A stretch of 64,000 nucleotides of DNA from Eubacteriales bacterium (GTDB lineage Bacteria; Bacillota; Clostridia; Oscillospirales; UBA644). Within the stretch, counting starts at the first letter, position 1. The number at the start of each line of letters is the position of its first letter. The stretch spans positions 19,407 to 83,406 of the forward strand of contig JAZPXN010000068.1 of the NCBI GenBank assembly GCA_045543655.1. The letters are read 5' to 3'. Positions 38,608-48,403 of this stretch are shown in pieces. The position numbers and the translations under genes are program-made. The notes below the pieces were generated by a model. That model saw only the letters and a program-made list of their open reading frames with translations. It ran no database searches and was not told the origin of the DNA.

Positions 38608-39493
38608 ATCCTTTTGCACTGAATATGATTATCCTGAGGAGGCAATTCAATCTCTTTTAGCGGATTTTGAAGCGCTGAAAAAATCCGGATATTATTCCGT
38701 ATTCCAATCCTTTGTCGACGTTTATAACAACGACGACCCTTCCTACGATCATTCCCGATCTCTGAAGGCAATGGATATCATTGCGGAAAAGACCGGGATT
38801 CACAACTTTGCCCTGAAATTTCTCCTGCACGTCTGCATGGCAAAGCACTGCAGAGAGTTATACGACCAGGCAGGCATCCCCGTCAGTATCTATCACCGCT
38901 CAATGCTGGACCTGAAGTGGAAGCTGATGGAGTGTCACAAAATGTACGGCATCTGGGGATCTTTCGTTTCCTCCTGGTTCAACCGTTTCTTCGATCTCTC
39001 CCGGTTTGCCATCGGCCGCCTGCAGTTTGAAGACGATCTTTCCCTGGAATGCTATGAAAAAAACGGCGTCAAGCTGAATTACGGCAATTGGGTCATCGGA
39101 ATACATATCCCCTCCTGTGGAAAGCTGAACATTGACGAATGTCTGGAATCCATGCGGATGGCCTCCGAGTTTTTTGCAGACCGCTTCCCCGACGGTGTGG
39201 CAAAGTTCCGTTGCAGTTCCTGGCTTCTGGCCCCCATTCATGAAAAATATCTCTCCCCCGAATCCGGAATCCGGAAATTTGCAGCCCTGTTCGACGTGGT
39301 CAAGACAACGCCGAAGCCTCAGGGAAACGATCTCTGGCGGATCTTCAATAAGGATTACGAGGGAAGCACCGAAGGATTCCCCGCAGAGACCTCCCTGCAG
39401 AGGGCGTATCTGCAGCTGCTGAAGGACGGCAACGTTCCCGAATCCGGGCTTGGCTTCATTTTCATGAAAGACGGAAAGATCATCAACCGATGA
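38591..39493 (+). CDS. Acyltransferase-domain protein (DUF5596/GNAT_C-like)
   Basis: IGRLQFE, IHIP, CSSWLL, IRKF, TSLQR motifs. Confidence 0.7.
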   Translation: MKAEIKSFCTEYDYPEEAIQSLLADFEALKKSGYYSVFQSFVDVYNNDDPSYDHSRSLKAMDIIAEKTGIHNFALKFLLHVCMAKHCRELYDQAGIPVSIYHRSMLDLKWKLMECHKMYGIWGSFVSSWFNRFFDLSRFAIGRLQFEDDLSLECYEKNGVKLNYGNWVIGIHIPSCGKLNIDECLESMRMASEFFADRFPDGVAKFRCSSWLLAPIHEKYLSPESGIRKFAALFDVVKTTPKPQGNDLWRIFNKDYEGSTEGFPAETSLQRAYLQLLKDGNVPESGLGFIFMKDGKIINR

Positions 39494-39504
39494 TTTCCAC
39501 ATAC

Positions 39505-39538
39505 AAAAGAGGGGGCAGCGGAAACACAGCCCCTTTTT
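39505..39538 (+). terminator. Terminator-like hairpin
   Basis: AAAAGAGGGGGC...GCCCCTTTTT. Confidence 0.5.
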
Positions 39539-39573
39539 GAAACCCTACATCATAAAAGAAAGGAGACGGTAAC

Positions 39574-40938
39574 GTGAAAGAATCTTACTCTGAAATCACC
39601 CAATATATCCGGGAAATGGCAGATCTTTCCAACCGCAACCATCACATCCTCCCCGAAATGTATCGGGAACACAACGTCAACCGAGGTCTTCGGGATATGA
39701 ACGGAAACGGCGTAGTCACCGGTCTTACCGAAGTCTCTACGATCATCTCAAAGGAATCCGCCCCCGACGGTACGCTTACCCCCTGCCGCGGTCGTCTGTA
39801 TTACCGGGGAATCAACGTCAAGGACCTGGTAGCAGGCTTTCAAAAGGACGATCGTTTCGGATTCGAAGAAACGGTATATCTTCTGCTCTTCTCCGAATTA
39901 CCCAATCGGCAAGGACTTGAAAAATTCACAGAAGAACTGGCGGAATACCGCAGCCTGCCGCCCTCCTTCGTGAGAGATATGATCCTGAAGGCGCCGGGGA
40001 AAGATATGATGAACATTCTTTCCCGTTGCGTGCTGGCTCTTTACGCCTACGACGATAATCCGGACGATATTTCCGTAGAAAACGTTCTGCGGCAAAGCAT
40101 GCAGATGATCGCAACCTTCCCCCTTCTTGCAGTATACGCTTATCTGTCATACCGTCATTATCATCAAGGCAAGAGCCTGCATATCCGAAACCCGGACCTC
40201 TCCCTCTCCACGGCGGAAAACTTCCTGCATATGCTGCGCAAGGACGGCAATTATACCCCCTTGGAGGCAAAGCTCCTCGACCTGGCACTGGTGCTTCACG
40301 CAGAACACGGCGGCGGAAACAACTCAACCTTCACGACCCACGTAGTGACCTCCTCGGGCACCGATACCTACTCCGCTATTTCTGCTGCACTTGGCTCCCT
40401 GAAGGGGCCCCGTCACGGCGGCGCAAACGTCAAGGTTGTGCAGATGTTCGAAGACATGAAGGCCAGTATCGATACCGAAAAGGAAGACGAGATACGAAGC
40501 TACCTCATCCGCTTGCTGGACAAAGACGCCTTCGACCGGAAGGGTCTGATTTACGGTATGGGTCACGCAGTCTATTCCAAGTCCGATCCCCGGGCAGACA
40601 TTCTGAAGCAATACGCGAAGGCGCTTTCAGAGGAAAAAGGGTACCAAAAAGAATTTGCGCTCTATGAAACCGTGGCAGATCTTGCCCCGGAGGTCATTGC
40701 TGAAAAACGGCGCATTTATAAGGGTGTCAGCCCCAACGTGGACTTTTATTCCGGCCTGATCTACAAAATGCTGGAGCTTCCCTTTGAGCTTTACACCCCG
40801 ATCTTCGCAATGGCAAGAGTTGCGGGCTGGTGCGCACACCGCATTGAAGAAATTCAGAATGCAGAAAAGATCCTGCGGCCGGCCTACATCGGAGTCAAGG
40901 AGGAGCGGCCCTACGTTCCCATCGAGGAAAGAAAATAA
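39574..40938 (+). CDS. Citrate (Si)-synthase / 2-methylcitrate synthase
   Basis: LYYRG, LHAEHGGGNNSTFT, GPRHGGAN, GMGHAVY..DPRA, NVDFYSG. Confidence 0.93.
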   Translation: MKESYSEITQYIREMADLSNRNHHILPEMYREHNVNRGLRDMNGNGVVTGLTEVSTIISKESAPDGTLTPCRGRLYYRGINVKDLVAGFQKDDRFGFEETVYLLLFSELPNRQGLEKFTEELAEYRSLPPSFVRDMILKAPGKDMMNILSRCVLALYAYDDNPDDISVENVLRQSMQMIATFPLLAVYAYLSYRHYHQGKSLHIRNPDLSLSTAENFLHMLRKDGNYTPLEAKLLDLALVLHAEHGGGNNSTFTTHVVTSSGTDTYSAISAALGSLKGPRHGGANVKVVQMFEDMKASIDTEKEDEIRSYLIRLLDKDAFDRKGLIYGMGHAVYSKSDPRADILKQYAKALSEEKGYQKEFALYETVADLAPEVIAEKRRIYKGVSPNVDFYSGLIYKMLELPFELYTPIFAMARVAGWCAHRIEEIQNAEKILRPAYIGVKEERPYVPIEERK

Positions 40939-40950
40939 TCACGAAAGCAA

Positions 40951-40985
40951 AAACCGCCTGCAATCAGAATGATTACAGGCGGTTT
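40951..40985. terminator. Bidirectional terminator
   Basis: AAACCGCCTGCAATCA-gaa-TGATTACAGGCGGTTT. Confidence 0.8.
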
Positions 40986-41022
40986 ATAACGTCCGTATCG
41001 GGATCGCGATCAAAGGAAAAAA

Positions 41023-42375
41023 TCAGATAATACCCTGAGCGATCATCGCATCGGCGACCTTTTCAAAGCCGGCAATGTTGGCACCGGCGATCAGATCACC
41101 TTCCATGCCGTATTTCTTGGCGGCTTCGTAGGAGTTCTTGTAAATGTCAGCCATGATCTGATACAGCTTTGCGTCAACCTCTTCGGCAGTCCAGCTGTAG
41201 CGCATGGAGTTCTGGCTCATTTCAAGACCGGAAACGGCAACGCCGCCGGCATTGACAGCCTTGGAGGGAGCAATCACGACGCCGTTGGCCTTCAGATAAG
41301 CGACAGCCTCGGCAGTAGTGGGCATATTCGCAACTTCCGCGTAATATTTCAGACCGTTGGCGACCATATTCTTTGCGTCGTCAATACCGACCTCGTTCTG
41401 GGTGGCGCAGGGCATGCAGATGTCGACCTTCTGAGCCCAGGGTCTCTGACCGGGGAAGAACTCAACGCCGAATTTATCCGCATAATCCTGAACCTTATCC
41501 CGGCCGGAAGCACGCATCTCCAGGAGATAGTCGATCTTTTCTTCGGTCACAATACCGTCGGGATCGTATACGTAGCCGTCGGGACCGGAAATGGTAACGA
41601 CCTTACCGCCCAACTCAGCGACCTTTTTGGCAGTACCCCAGGCAACGTTACCGAAGCCGGAGATCGCAAAGGTCTTCCCTTTTACTTCTTCGCCAAAGGT
41701 CTTCAGCATCTCGACCACGTAATAAACGGCACCGAAGCCGGTAGCTTCGGGACGAATCAGAGAACCGCCGAAGGAACGGCCCTTACCGGTCAGAACGCCG
41801 GTAAATTCGTTGCGCAGTCTCTTATACTGACCGAACATGTAGCCAACTTCTCTTGCACCCACGCCGATATCCCCTGCGGGAACGTCGGTGTCGGCACCGA
41901 TATGTCTGGAAAGCTCCGTCATAAAGGCCTGACAGAACCGCATGATCTCGCCGTCGCTTTTCCCCCGGGGATCAAAATCAGAACCGCCCTTGCCGCCGCC
42001 CATGGGAAGACCGGTAAGGCTGTTCTTGAAGGTTTGTTCAAAGCCGAGGAACTTCATAATGGAGAAGTTAACGGAGGGATGGAACCGAATACCGCCCTTA
42101 TAAGGACCGATAGCGGAATTGAACTGGATTCGGTATCCGCGATTGACCTGAACGTTACCGTTGTCATCCACCCAAGACACGCGGAAAGCGATCTGCCGTT
42201 CAGGCTCGACCATACGCTCGATAACACCGGACTTTTCGAACTTGGGGTTCTGCTCGATCACAGGCTCGAGGGATTCCAGAACCTCGTATACAGCCTGCAG
42301 GAATTCAGGCTCACCGGGGTTACGTTTCTCAACGCCGGCGTAAACGTCGTTGAGGTATTTGCTCTTAAAACTCAT
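41023..42375 (-). CDS. gdhA: NADP-specific glutamate dehydrogenase
   Basis: EFLQAV, GPYKGG, LPMGGGKGG, DVPAGDIG, RPEATG, NAGGV. ATG 42375 follows GGAGG. Confidence 0.96.
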   Translation of the reverse strand: MSFKSKYLNDVYAGVEKRNPGEPEFLQAVYEVLESLEPVIEQNPKFEKSGVIERMVEPERQIAFRVSWVDDNGNVQVNRGYRIQFNSAIGPYKGGIRFHPSVNFSIMKFLGFEQTFKNSLTGLPMGGGKGGSDFDPRGKSDGEIMRFCQAFMTELSRHIGADTDVPAGDIGVGAREVGYMFGQYKRLRNEFTGVLTGKGRSFGGSLIRPEATGFGAVYYVVEMLKTFGEEVKGKTFAISGFGNVAWGTAKKVAELGGKVVTISGPDGYVYDPDGIVTEEKIDYLLEMRASGRDKVQDYADKFGVEFFPGQRPWAQKVDICMPCATQNEVGIDDAKNMVANGLKYYAEVANMPTTAEAVAYLKANGVVIAPSKAVNAGGVAVSGLEMSQNSMRYSWTAEEVDAKLYQIMADIYKNSYEAAKKYGMEGDLIAGANIAGFEKVADAMIAQGII

Positions 42376-42556
42376 TGTGTTTACCTCCATAATTTTGATG
42401 GAAATATTATATACCTTTCGAGTGAAAAAATCAAGAGTTTATGAAAAAATATACAAAATGTTCCGATTTTTCCCGTCTATTTTCTGGTCTTGTCGCGAAA
42501 AATCGAACAAAATACTAAAAATATGAAACGCAAAGCGAAACAAAAAGTAAAATCTA

Positions 42557-42585
42557 TTGCTTTTTTCGCCGCATTGTAGTATAAT
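42557..42585 (+). promoter_or_regulatory. SigA promoter of the recA operon
   Basis: TTGCTT-17-TATAAT. Confidence 0.6.
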
Positions 42586-42650
42586 AAATAAAACTATATT
42601 ATCGTTATAGCAACGAAGCAACGAAGAATTATACGGAGGATTCGAACATT

Positions 42651-43748
42651 ATGGCAGACGCACAGGAAAACAGAAAAAAAGCACTTGAAACGGCCCTGAG
42701 TCAGATTGAAAAGACCTTTGGGAAGGGCGCGGTCATGTCCATGGGTCAGCACGCCTCTCTGAACGTGGAAAGCATTTCAACCGGCTCCTTCGGCCTGGAC
42801 CTGGCCCTGGGAGTTGGCGGCATTCCCAAAGGGCGCATCGTTGAAATTTACGGACCCGAAAGTTCCGGTAAAACCACCGTTGCCCTTCAGACCATTGCGG
42901 AATGTCAGAAGCAGGGCGGCACTGCAGCGTTTATCGATGCGGAACACGCCCTCGACCCGGTTTACGCCGCGGAGCTTGGCGTTGACGTGGATTCTCTGCT
43001 GGTCTCTCAGCCCGATTACGGCGAACTGGCTCTGGATATTGCGGAGGCTCTCGTCCGCTCCGGCGCCGTTGATATCATCGTCGTCGACTCGGTGGCAGCC
43101 CTCGTACCCAAGGCGGAAATCGAAGGCGATATGGGGGATTCCCACGTGGGCCTTCACGCCCGCATGATGTCCCAGGCCCTCCGGAAGCTGGCCGGTATCA
43201 TCTCCAAAACCAAATGCATCTGCATTTTTATCAATCAGCTCCGCTCCAAGATCGGCGTCGTATACGGCCCCTCGGAGGTTACCACGGGCGGGAACGCGTT
43301 GAAGTTCTACGCTTCCGTCCGTATGGACGTGCGCCGCATTGAGACCCTGAAGAATGGAACCGAAGCCTACGGCTCCCGCACCAGAGTCAAGGTGGTAAAA
43401 AATAAGGTGGCTCCTCCCTTCCGGGAAGCAGAATTCGACCTGATCTACGGGAAAGGGATCTCTCGCTCCGGCGAAATGCTGGATTGCGCCGTAAAGCTGG
43501 GCATCGTCTCCAAATCCGGCGCCTGGTTCTCTTACGGTGCGGACCGTCTCGGAAACGGCCGTGAGAACGTAAAGAAGATGATCGAGACCGACGAGGCTCT
43601 GGCCGCCCGTCTGGAAAAAGATCTCTACGACAAGCTTCACGGCAACGCCGAAGCAACGGAGGAAGTCACCCGCTCCTCCCGTCAGCCCAAGCCCGCCACG
43701 GAGAAATCTGCCAACATCAATATTTCAGCCGACGATTTTGAAGAATAA
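42651..43748 (+). CDS. recA: Recombinase A
   Basis: [49 protein letters not shown]. Confidence 0.99.
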   Translation: MADAQENRKKALETALSQIEKTFGKGAVMSMGQHASLNVESISTGSFGLDLALGVGGIPKGRIVEIYGPESSGKTTVALQTIAECQKQGGTAAFIDAEHALDPVYAAELGVDVDSLLVSQPDYGELALDIAEALVRSGAVDIIVVDSVAALVPKAEIEGDMGDSHVGLHARMMSQALRKLAGIISKTKCICIFINQLRSKIGVVYGPSEVTTGGNALKFYASVRMDVRRIETLKNGTEAYGSRTRVKVVKNKVAPPFREAEFDLIYGKGISRSGEMLDCAVKLGIVSKSGAWFSYGADRLGNGRENVKKMIETDEALAARLEKDLYDKLHGNAEATEEVTRSSRQPKPATEKSANINISADDFEE

Positions 43749-43750
43749 TC

Positions 43751-44389
43751 ATGATCGTCATCACAGACGTCCGCCCCCACAAACGGACGAAATTATTTGA
43801 AGTTTATTCGGAGGCGGGGATGGAATTCCTCGCCAACGAAAAATTTCTGATCCAGAACGAGATCCGCCGTTATACGGAATTCGACGAGGAAGATTTTCAA
43901 GTCTTGAAGGCTCGCGCCCAGATTCTGGACGGCATCCGCAAATCCGTGGATATTCTGAGCATCAAGGATTATTCCCGCCAAGAGCTGCTTCGGAAGCTCT
44001 GCGACAAGGGGGTTCCGGAGGACGCCGCCCGGGCCGCCGTCGGATATATGACGGAGAACGGCTATCAGGACGATCTGCGCTATGCGAAGCGCCTCGCCGA
44101 GTTGGCCTCCCGGAATTACGGCCGCCGCCGGGCAGAACAGGTGCTGTATCATCACGGCATTGACCGGGAAACGGCAAAGGAAGCCTTGGACGAAATTTAT
44201 TCCGAGGATCTGGATGAAGACGGGAAGCTGGATCGCATCGTCGAAAAGGCCGCCCTCGGGAAAGACCTGAAGGATCCCGCGCAACGAAATAAGATCTATG
44301 CAAAACTCGCCCGACTGGGATACGATTCCTCCGCCATTTCGGCGGCCGTTGCCCGACTGGAAGCGAAGAGAGAGGACGATACCGTTTGA
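43751..44389 (+). CDS. recX: Regulatory protein RecX
   Basis: S..EL..KL, GY.DD.RYA, YG..R....L...GI, L.RLGY; directly follows recA. Confidence 0.88.
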   Translation: MIVITDVRPHKRTKLFEVYSEAGMEFLANEKFLIQNEIRRYTEFDEEDFQVLKARAQILDGIRKSVDILSIKDYSRQELLRKLCDKGVPEDAARAAVGYMTENGYQDDLRYAKRLAELASRNYGRRRAEQVLYHHGIDRETAKEALDEIYSEDLDEDGKLDRIVEKAALGKDLKDPAQRNKIYAKLARLGYDSSAISAAVARLEAKREDDTV

Positions 44390-45684
44390 AAATAGGAATG
44401 ATTGCCCTTGGGTGCGCGAAGAACCGCATCGATGCGGAAATGATGCTCAAGAACCTGAGCGACGAAGGATTTGAGATCTGCCCGGAGCTGTCGGAATGCG
44501 ACGGTGTCGTCGTCCATACCTGTACCTTTATCGACCCGGCAAAATCGGAATCCATCGAAGCCATTCTGGATGCCGCCGCACATAAAACGACGGGAAAACT
44601 GAAACGGCTCGTCGTTACGGGATGTCTTGCGGAGCGCTATCAGAGCGAGGTCCTCCGCCTTCTCCCGGAAGTAGACGCCTGCCTCGGCTCCCGAAGCTTT
44701 GACAAGGTTGTCGAAGCCCTTCGGGCGGACGGCACATACGAGGAATATAAGCCTCTTATCTGTCAACCTCCGGAATACGATCGGATCCTGACTACGGGAA
44801 ACAAATCGGTCTATCTTCGCATTGCGGAAGGATGCTCAAACCACTGCTCCTATTGCGTGATCCCCTCCGTGCGAGGCGAATTTATGCCGCGCTCCTACGA
44901 ATCTATCATGGCGGAGGCGGAGAAGTTGGCCGCCGGAGGTGCCGTGGAGATCAACCTGATCGCTCAGGACACCACGAAGCATCCTGACCTTTGTCGCCTG
45001 ATCCGGGATATCGCAAAAATTGAAACCGTTCATTGGATCCGTATTCTCTACTGCCGCCCGGAAGAAATTACTGACGAGCTTCTCCGGACCATGGCGGAGG
45101 TAGAAAAATGCGTCCCCTATATTGACGTACCCCTCCAACACGCATCCGGACGGATCCTTAAAAAAATGAACCGCACCGGCAACGATCATATCCTAACGGA
45201 ACAGATGGCACACATCCGTGAAATTCTGCCGGGATGCAGCATCCGCACGACCTTCATTACCGGATTCCCCACGGAAAACGAAGACGATTTCGAGATTCTC
45301 TGCAATTTCGTCAAGACAAACCGCTTTGCCAATCTTGGCGTCTTCCCCTATTCCAGAGAAGAAGGAACGCCTGCCGGTCGGATGCGGGGGCAGATTGACG
45401 AGGAAATCAAGCAACGCCGTGCCGATCTGATTATGGAGATTCAGCACGATTTGCTGAAGACCACCAACCGCCCCTTGATCGGAAAAACGCTGGAAGTCCT
45501 CTGCGAAGGGGTGCGGAAAGACGGAAAATATTTCGGCCGCGCCTATTTCCAGGCACCTGAAGTAGACGGGCAAATCATCTTCACCTCGGAAAAGCCCGTG
45601 ATCCCCGGCCAATTCGTCCCGGTTCTGCTACAACGCTATCGGGAATATGATTTTTATGGAACGGCTTCGTTCCCACAGGAGTAA
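44386..45684 (+). CDS. rimO: Ribosomal protein S12 methylthiotransferase
   Basis: LGCAKNRID, radical SAM motif IAEGCSNHCSYC, IAQDTT, YSREEGT, APEVDG (TRAM). Confidence 0.93.
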   Translation: MKIGMIALGCAKNRIDAEMMLKNLSDEGFEICPELSECDGVVVHTCTFIDPAKSESIEAILDAAAHKTTGKLKRLVVTGCLAERYQSEVLRLLPEVDACLGSRSFDKVVEALRADGTYEEYKPLICQPPEYDRILTTGNKSVYLRIAEGCSNHCSYCVIPSVRGEFMPRSYESIMAEAEKLAAGGAVEINLIAQDTTKHPDLCRLIRDIAKIETVHWIRILYCRPEEITDELLRTMAEVEKCVPYIDVPLQHASGRILKKMNRTGNDHILTEQMAHIREILPGCSIRTTFITGFPTENEDDFEILCNFVKTNRFANLGVFPYSREEGTPAGRMRGQIDEEIKQRRADLIMEIQHDLLKTTNRPLIGKTLEVLCEGVRKDGKYFGRAYFQAPEVDGQIIFTSEKPVIPGQFVPVLLQRYREYDFYGTASFPQE

Positions 45685-45688
45685 ACGT

Positions 45689-46294
45689 ATGCAAAAGAAA
45701 GATATTCCAAACGCCATCTGTTGGTTCCGCATCGCCCTGATCCCCGCGGTTTTGTTTTTTTTGATTGAGAGCAATCTGACGGGATGGCTGCAATATTCCA
45801 CCTCCGTTTTGGTCTCCGGAATCCTGTTCGGCGTGGCTATGATCTCAGACTTCGTGGACGGAAAAATTGCACGGAAGTACAATTATATTTCCGATCTGGG
45901 GAAATTCCTCGTTCCCATTGCCGACAAAATGCTGGTACTCAGCGTATGCGTTGCCTTTGCGGGCATTGGCGCGTTCGGTCATATCATGCTGGTCTCGGTC
46001 ATCGCCATTCTGCTGCGGGAACTGATGATCTCCGGGATCCGCCTTTCGGCGGCCTCTCACGGGAACGTGGTAGCGGCCAATTGGTGGGGCAAAATCAAGA
46101 CGACTCTGCAAGGCGTTTCCATCGGAGTAACCTATCTGTGTCTGCTCCTGAACGAGATCGCTCCCTCCATTGGTCTTACGAACGCCTGGTATCTTCTTCT
46201 CATTCCGGAGATTCTCTTTGCAATCAACGCAATTTACACCTGGATTTCCGCCATCCCCTACATTAAGGCCTGCGCGCCGTACCTGAAAGGCTGA
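45689..46294 (+). CDS. pgsA: CDP-diacylglycerol--glycerol-3-phosphate 3-phosphatidyltransferase
   Basis: IPN....R, DFVDGKIAR...GKFL(V)PIADK, RE, GKIKT; usual rimO-pgsA gene order. Confidence 0.88.
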   Translation: MQKKDIPNAICWFRIALIPAVLFFLIESNLTGWLQYSTSVLVSGILFGVAMISDFVDGKIARKYNYISDLGKFLVPIADKMLVLSVCVAFAGIGAFGHIMLVSVIAILLRELMISGIRLSAASHGNVVAANWWGKIKTTLQGVSIGVTYLCLLLNEIAPSIGLTNAWYLLLIPEILFAINAIYTWISAIPYIKACAPYLKG

Positions 46295-46303
46295 CGAACC
46301 GTT

Positions 46304-46963
46304 ATGTTCAAAAACCTGCGCTATGATATCAAAGCGATCCGGGAACGGGATCCCGCAGCCCGCTCCGATGCGGAAGTGTTTTTCTGCTATCCCGGGTTGC
46401 ACGTGCTGATCTATCATCGCATCGCAAACTTTTTTTACCGTCACGGCCACAAGCTGCTGGCCCGAATGATCTCCCAGCACGCCCGGAAACGAACCGGAAT
46501 TGAGATTCACCCCGCCGCAAAGATCGGCAGAGGCCTTCTCATTGACCACGGCATGGGCGTCGTGATCGGCGAAACGGCCGAAATCGGAGACAATTGCACC
46601 ATCTACCACGGCGTAACCCTGGGAGGTACGGGGAAAGAATCCGGAAAGCGGCATCCCACCATTGGGAACAACGTTTTCATCGGCGCCCATTCCCAGCTGC
46701 TCGGCTCGTTCACCGTAGGGGACAACAGCAAGATCGCCGCGGGCTCCGTAGTACTGGAAGATATTCCGCCGAATTCCACCGCCGTGGGCTCCCCCGCCCG
46801 GATCGTGAAGCGGGACGGCGTGCGTATCGACAACTTTGACAACGTTCACATTCCCGACCCCGTATCCCAGGAGATCTGCAGACTCCGCATTCAACTGGAG
46901 CGGCTGGCCAAGGATTGTGCCGATATAAAAAATAAAAACAGCGAAACACAGGAGAACGAATAA
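46304..46963 (+). CDS. cysE: Serine O-acetyltransferase
   Basis: RDPAA, TGIEIHPAA, IDHGMGVVIGET, GVTLGGTG, KRHPT. Confidence 0.95.
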   Translation: MFKNLRYDIKAIRERDPAARSDAEVFFCYPGLHVLIYHRIANFFYRHGHKLLARMISQHARKRTGIEIHPAAKIGRGLLIDHGMGVVIGETAEIGDNCTIYHGVTLGGTGKESGKRHPTIGNNVFIGAHSQLLGSFTVGDNSKIAAGSVVLEDIPPNSTAVGSPARIVKRDGVRIDNFDNVHIPDPVSQEICRLRIQLERLAKDCADIKNKNSETQENE

Positions 46964-46965
46964 TT

Positions 46966-48372
46966 ATGCTGAAGCTTTATAACTCCCTCACCAATAGAGT
47001 CGAAGAATTCAAGCCGAAGGACAACACCGTCCGCATCTACGCCTGCGGCCCCACCGTTTATAACTTTTTCCACGTGGGCAACGGTCGCTCCTTCATGATG
47101 TTCGACACACTGCGCCGGTATCTGGAATTCAAGGGCTACGACGTAAAATACGTCCAGAACTTCACCGACGTTGACGACAAGATGATCAAGCGCGCCAACG
47201 AAGAAAATATCACCGTGGCGCAGGTGGCGGAAAAGTATATCAACGAATACTTTACCGACGCCGACGGATTGAACATCAAACGGGCCACCGTTCATCCCCG
47301 TGCAACCGAAAATATCGACGGGATCATCGATCTCGTCTCTGCCTTGATCGAAAAAGGCCACGCCTACGAAAGCAACGGAGACGTTTACTTCCGGGTGCGC
47401 AGTTTCCCCGAATACGGGAACGGTCTGCTGAAGCAATCCATTGAAGACCTTGCCTCCGGTGCCCGTATCGACGTCAGCGAGATCAAGGAGGATCCTCTGG
47501 ATTTTGCGCTTTGGAAGGCTTCCAAGCCCGGAGAGCCCCATTGGTCCTCTCCCTGGGGCGAAGGCCGCCCCGGCTGGCACATCGAATGTAGCGCCATGGC
47601 GAAACGGTATCTTGGCGATACCATCGACATCCATTGCGGCGGTCACGACCTGAAATTCCCCCATCACGAAAACGAGATCGCTCAATCCCAGTGCGCCAAC
47701 GGCTGTACCTTTGCGCGTTCCTGGTTCCATATCGGATTCGTGAACGTAAACAACGAAAAAATGAGCAAATCCAAGAATAACTTCTTCACCGTCCGGGATC
47801 TTTCCAAGGTATACGGATATCTTCCCCTGCGCTATTTTGCCGTTTCCGCCCACTATCGGATGCCCATCAACTACGAACCCGGCATCATTGAGCAGGCAAA
47901 AGCCTCGCTGGAACGGATCAACAACTGTCTGAACAACCTGAAGTTCCTCGCAAAAAACGCGAAGGAACAGGAAATGACGGCCGAAGAACGGGAATATCTC
48001 GATTCCTTCCGGGTCTACCGTGACCGCTTCGAGGAAGCCATGGATGACGACCTGAATACCGCAAACGCTCTGACCGCCATCTTCGACCTGATCAAGCAGA
48101 TCAACGTCACCGCGAAAGAAGGCTTTGCAAAGGCCGTTTATCAGGAGCTTCTGAACCGCGCCGAAGAATTGGTGGACGTTCTCGGACTTCTCCCCAAAGA
48201 GGAAGCCGGCGAAGACGACGCCGCTATCGACGCTTTGATCGAAGAGCGCACCGCCGCCCGAAAAGCAAAAGACTGGGCGAAAGCCGACGCAATCCGGGAT
48301 CAGTTGACCGCCATGGGAATCATCCTGGAAGACACCCCCGCCGGGATCCGTTGGAAGCGCGCCGAAAAATAA
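46966..48372 (+). CDS. cysS: Cysteine--tRNA ligase
   Basis: [34 protein letters not shown]. Confidence 0.97.
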   Translation: MLKLYNSLTNRVEEFKPKDNTVRIYACGPTVYNFFHVGNGRSFMMFDTLRRYLEFKGYDVKYVQNFTDVDDKMIKRANEENITVAQVAEKYINEYFTDADGLNIKRATVHPRATENIDGIIDLVSALIEKGHAYESNGDVYFRVRSFPEYGNGLLKQSIEDLASGARIDVSEIKEDPLDFALWKASKPGEPHWSSPWGEGRPGWHIECSAMAKRYLGDTIDIHCGGHDLKFPHHENEIAQSQCANGCTFARSWFHIGFVNVNNEKMSKSKNNFFTVRDLSKVYGYLPLRYFAVSAHYRMPINYEPGIIEQAKASLERINNCLNNLKFLAKNAKEQEMTAEEREYLDSFRVYRDRFEEAMDDDLNTANALTAIFDLIKQINVTAKEGFAKAVYQELLNRAEELVDVLGLLPKEEAGEDDAAIDALIEERTAARKAKDWAKADAIRDQLTAMGIILEDTPAGIRWKRAEK

Positions 48373-48403
48373 GCTATAATATATAATTGGAAAACAAACG
48401 AAA

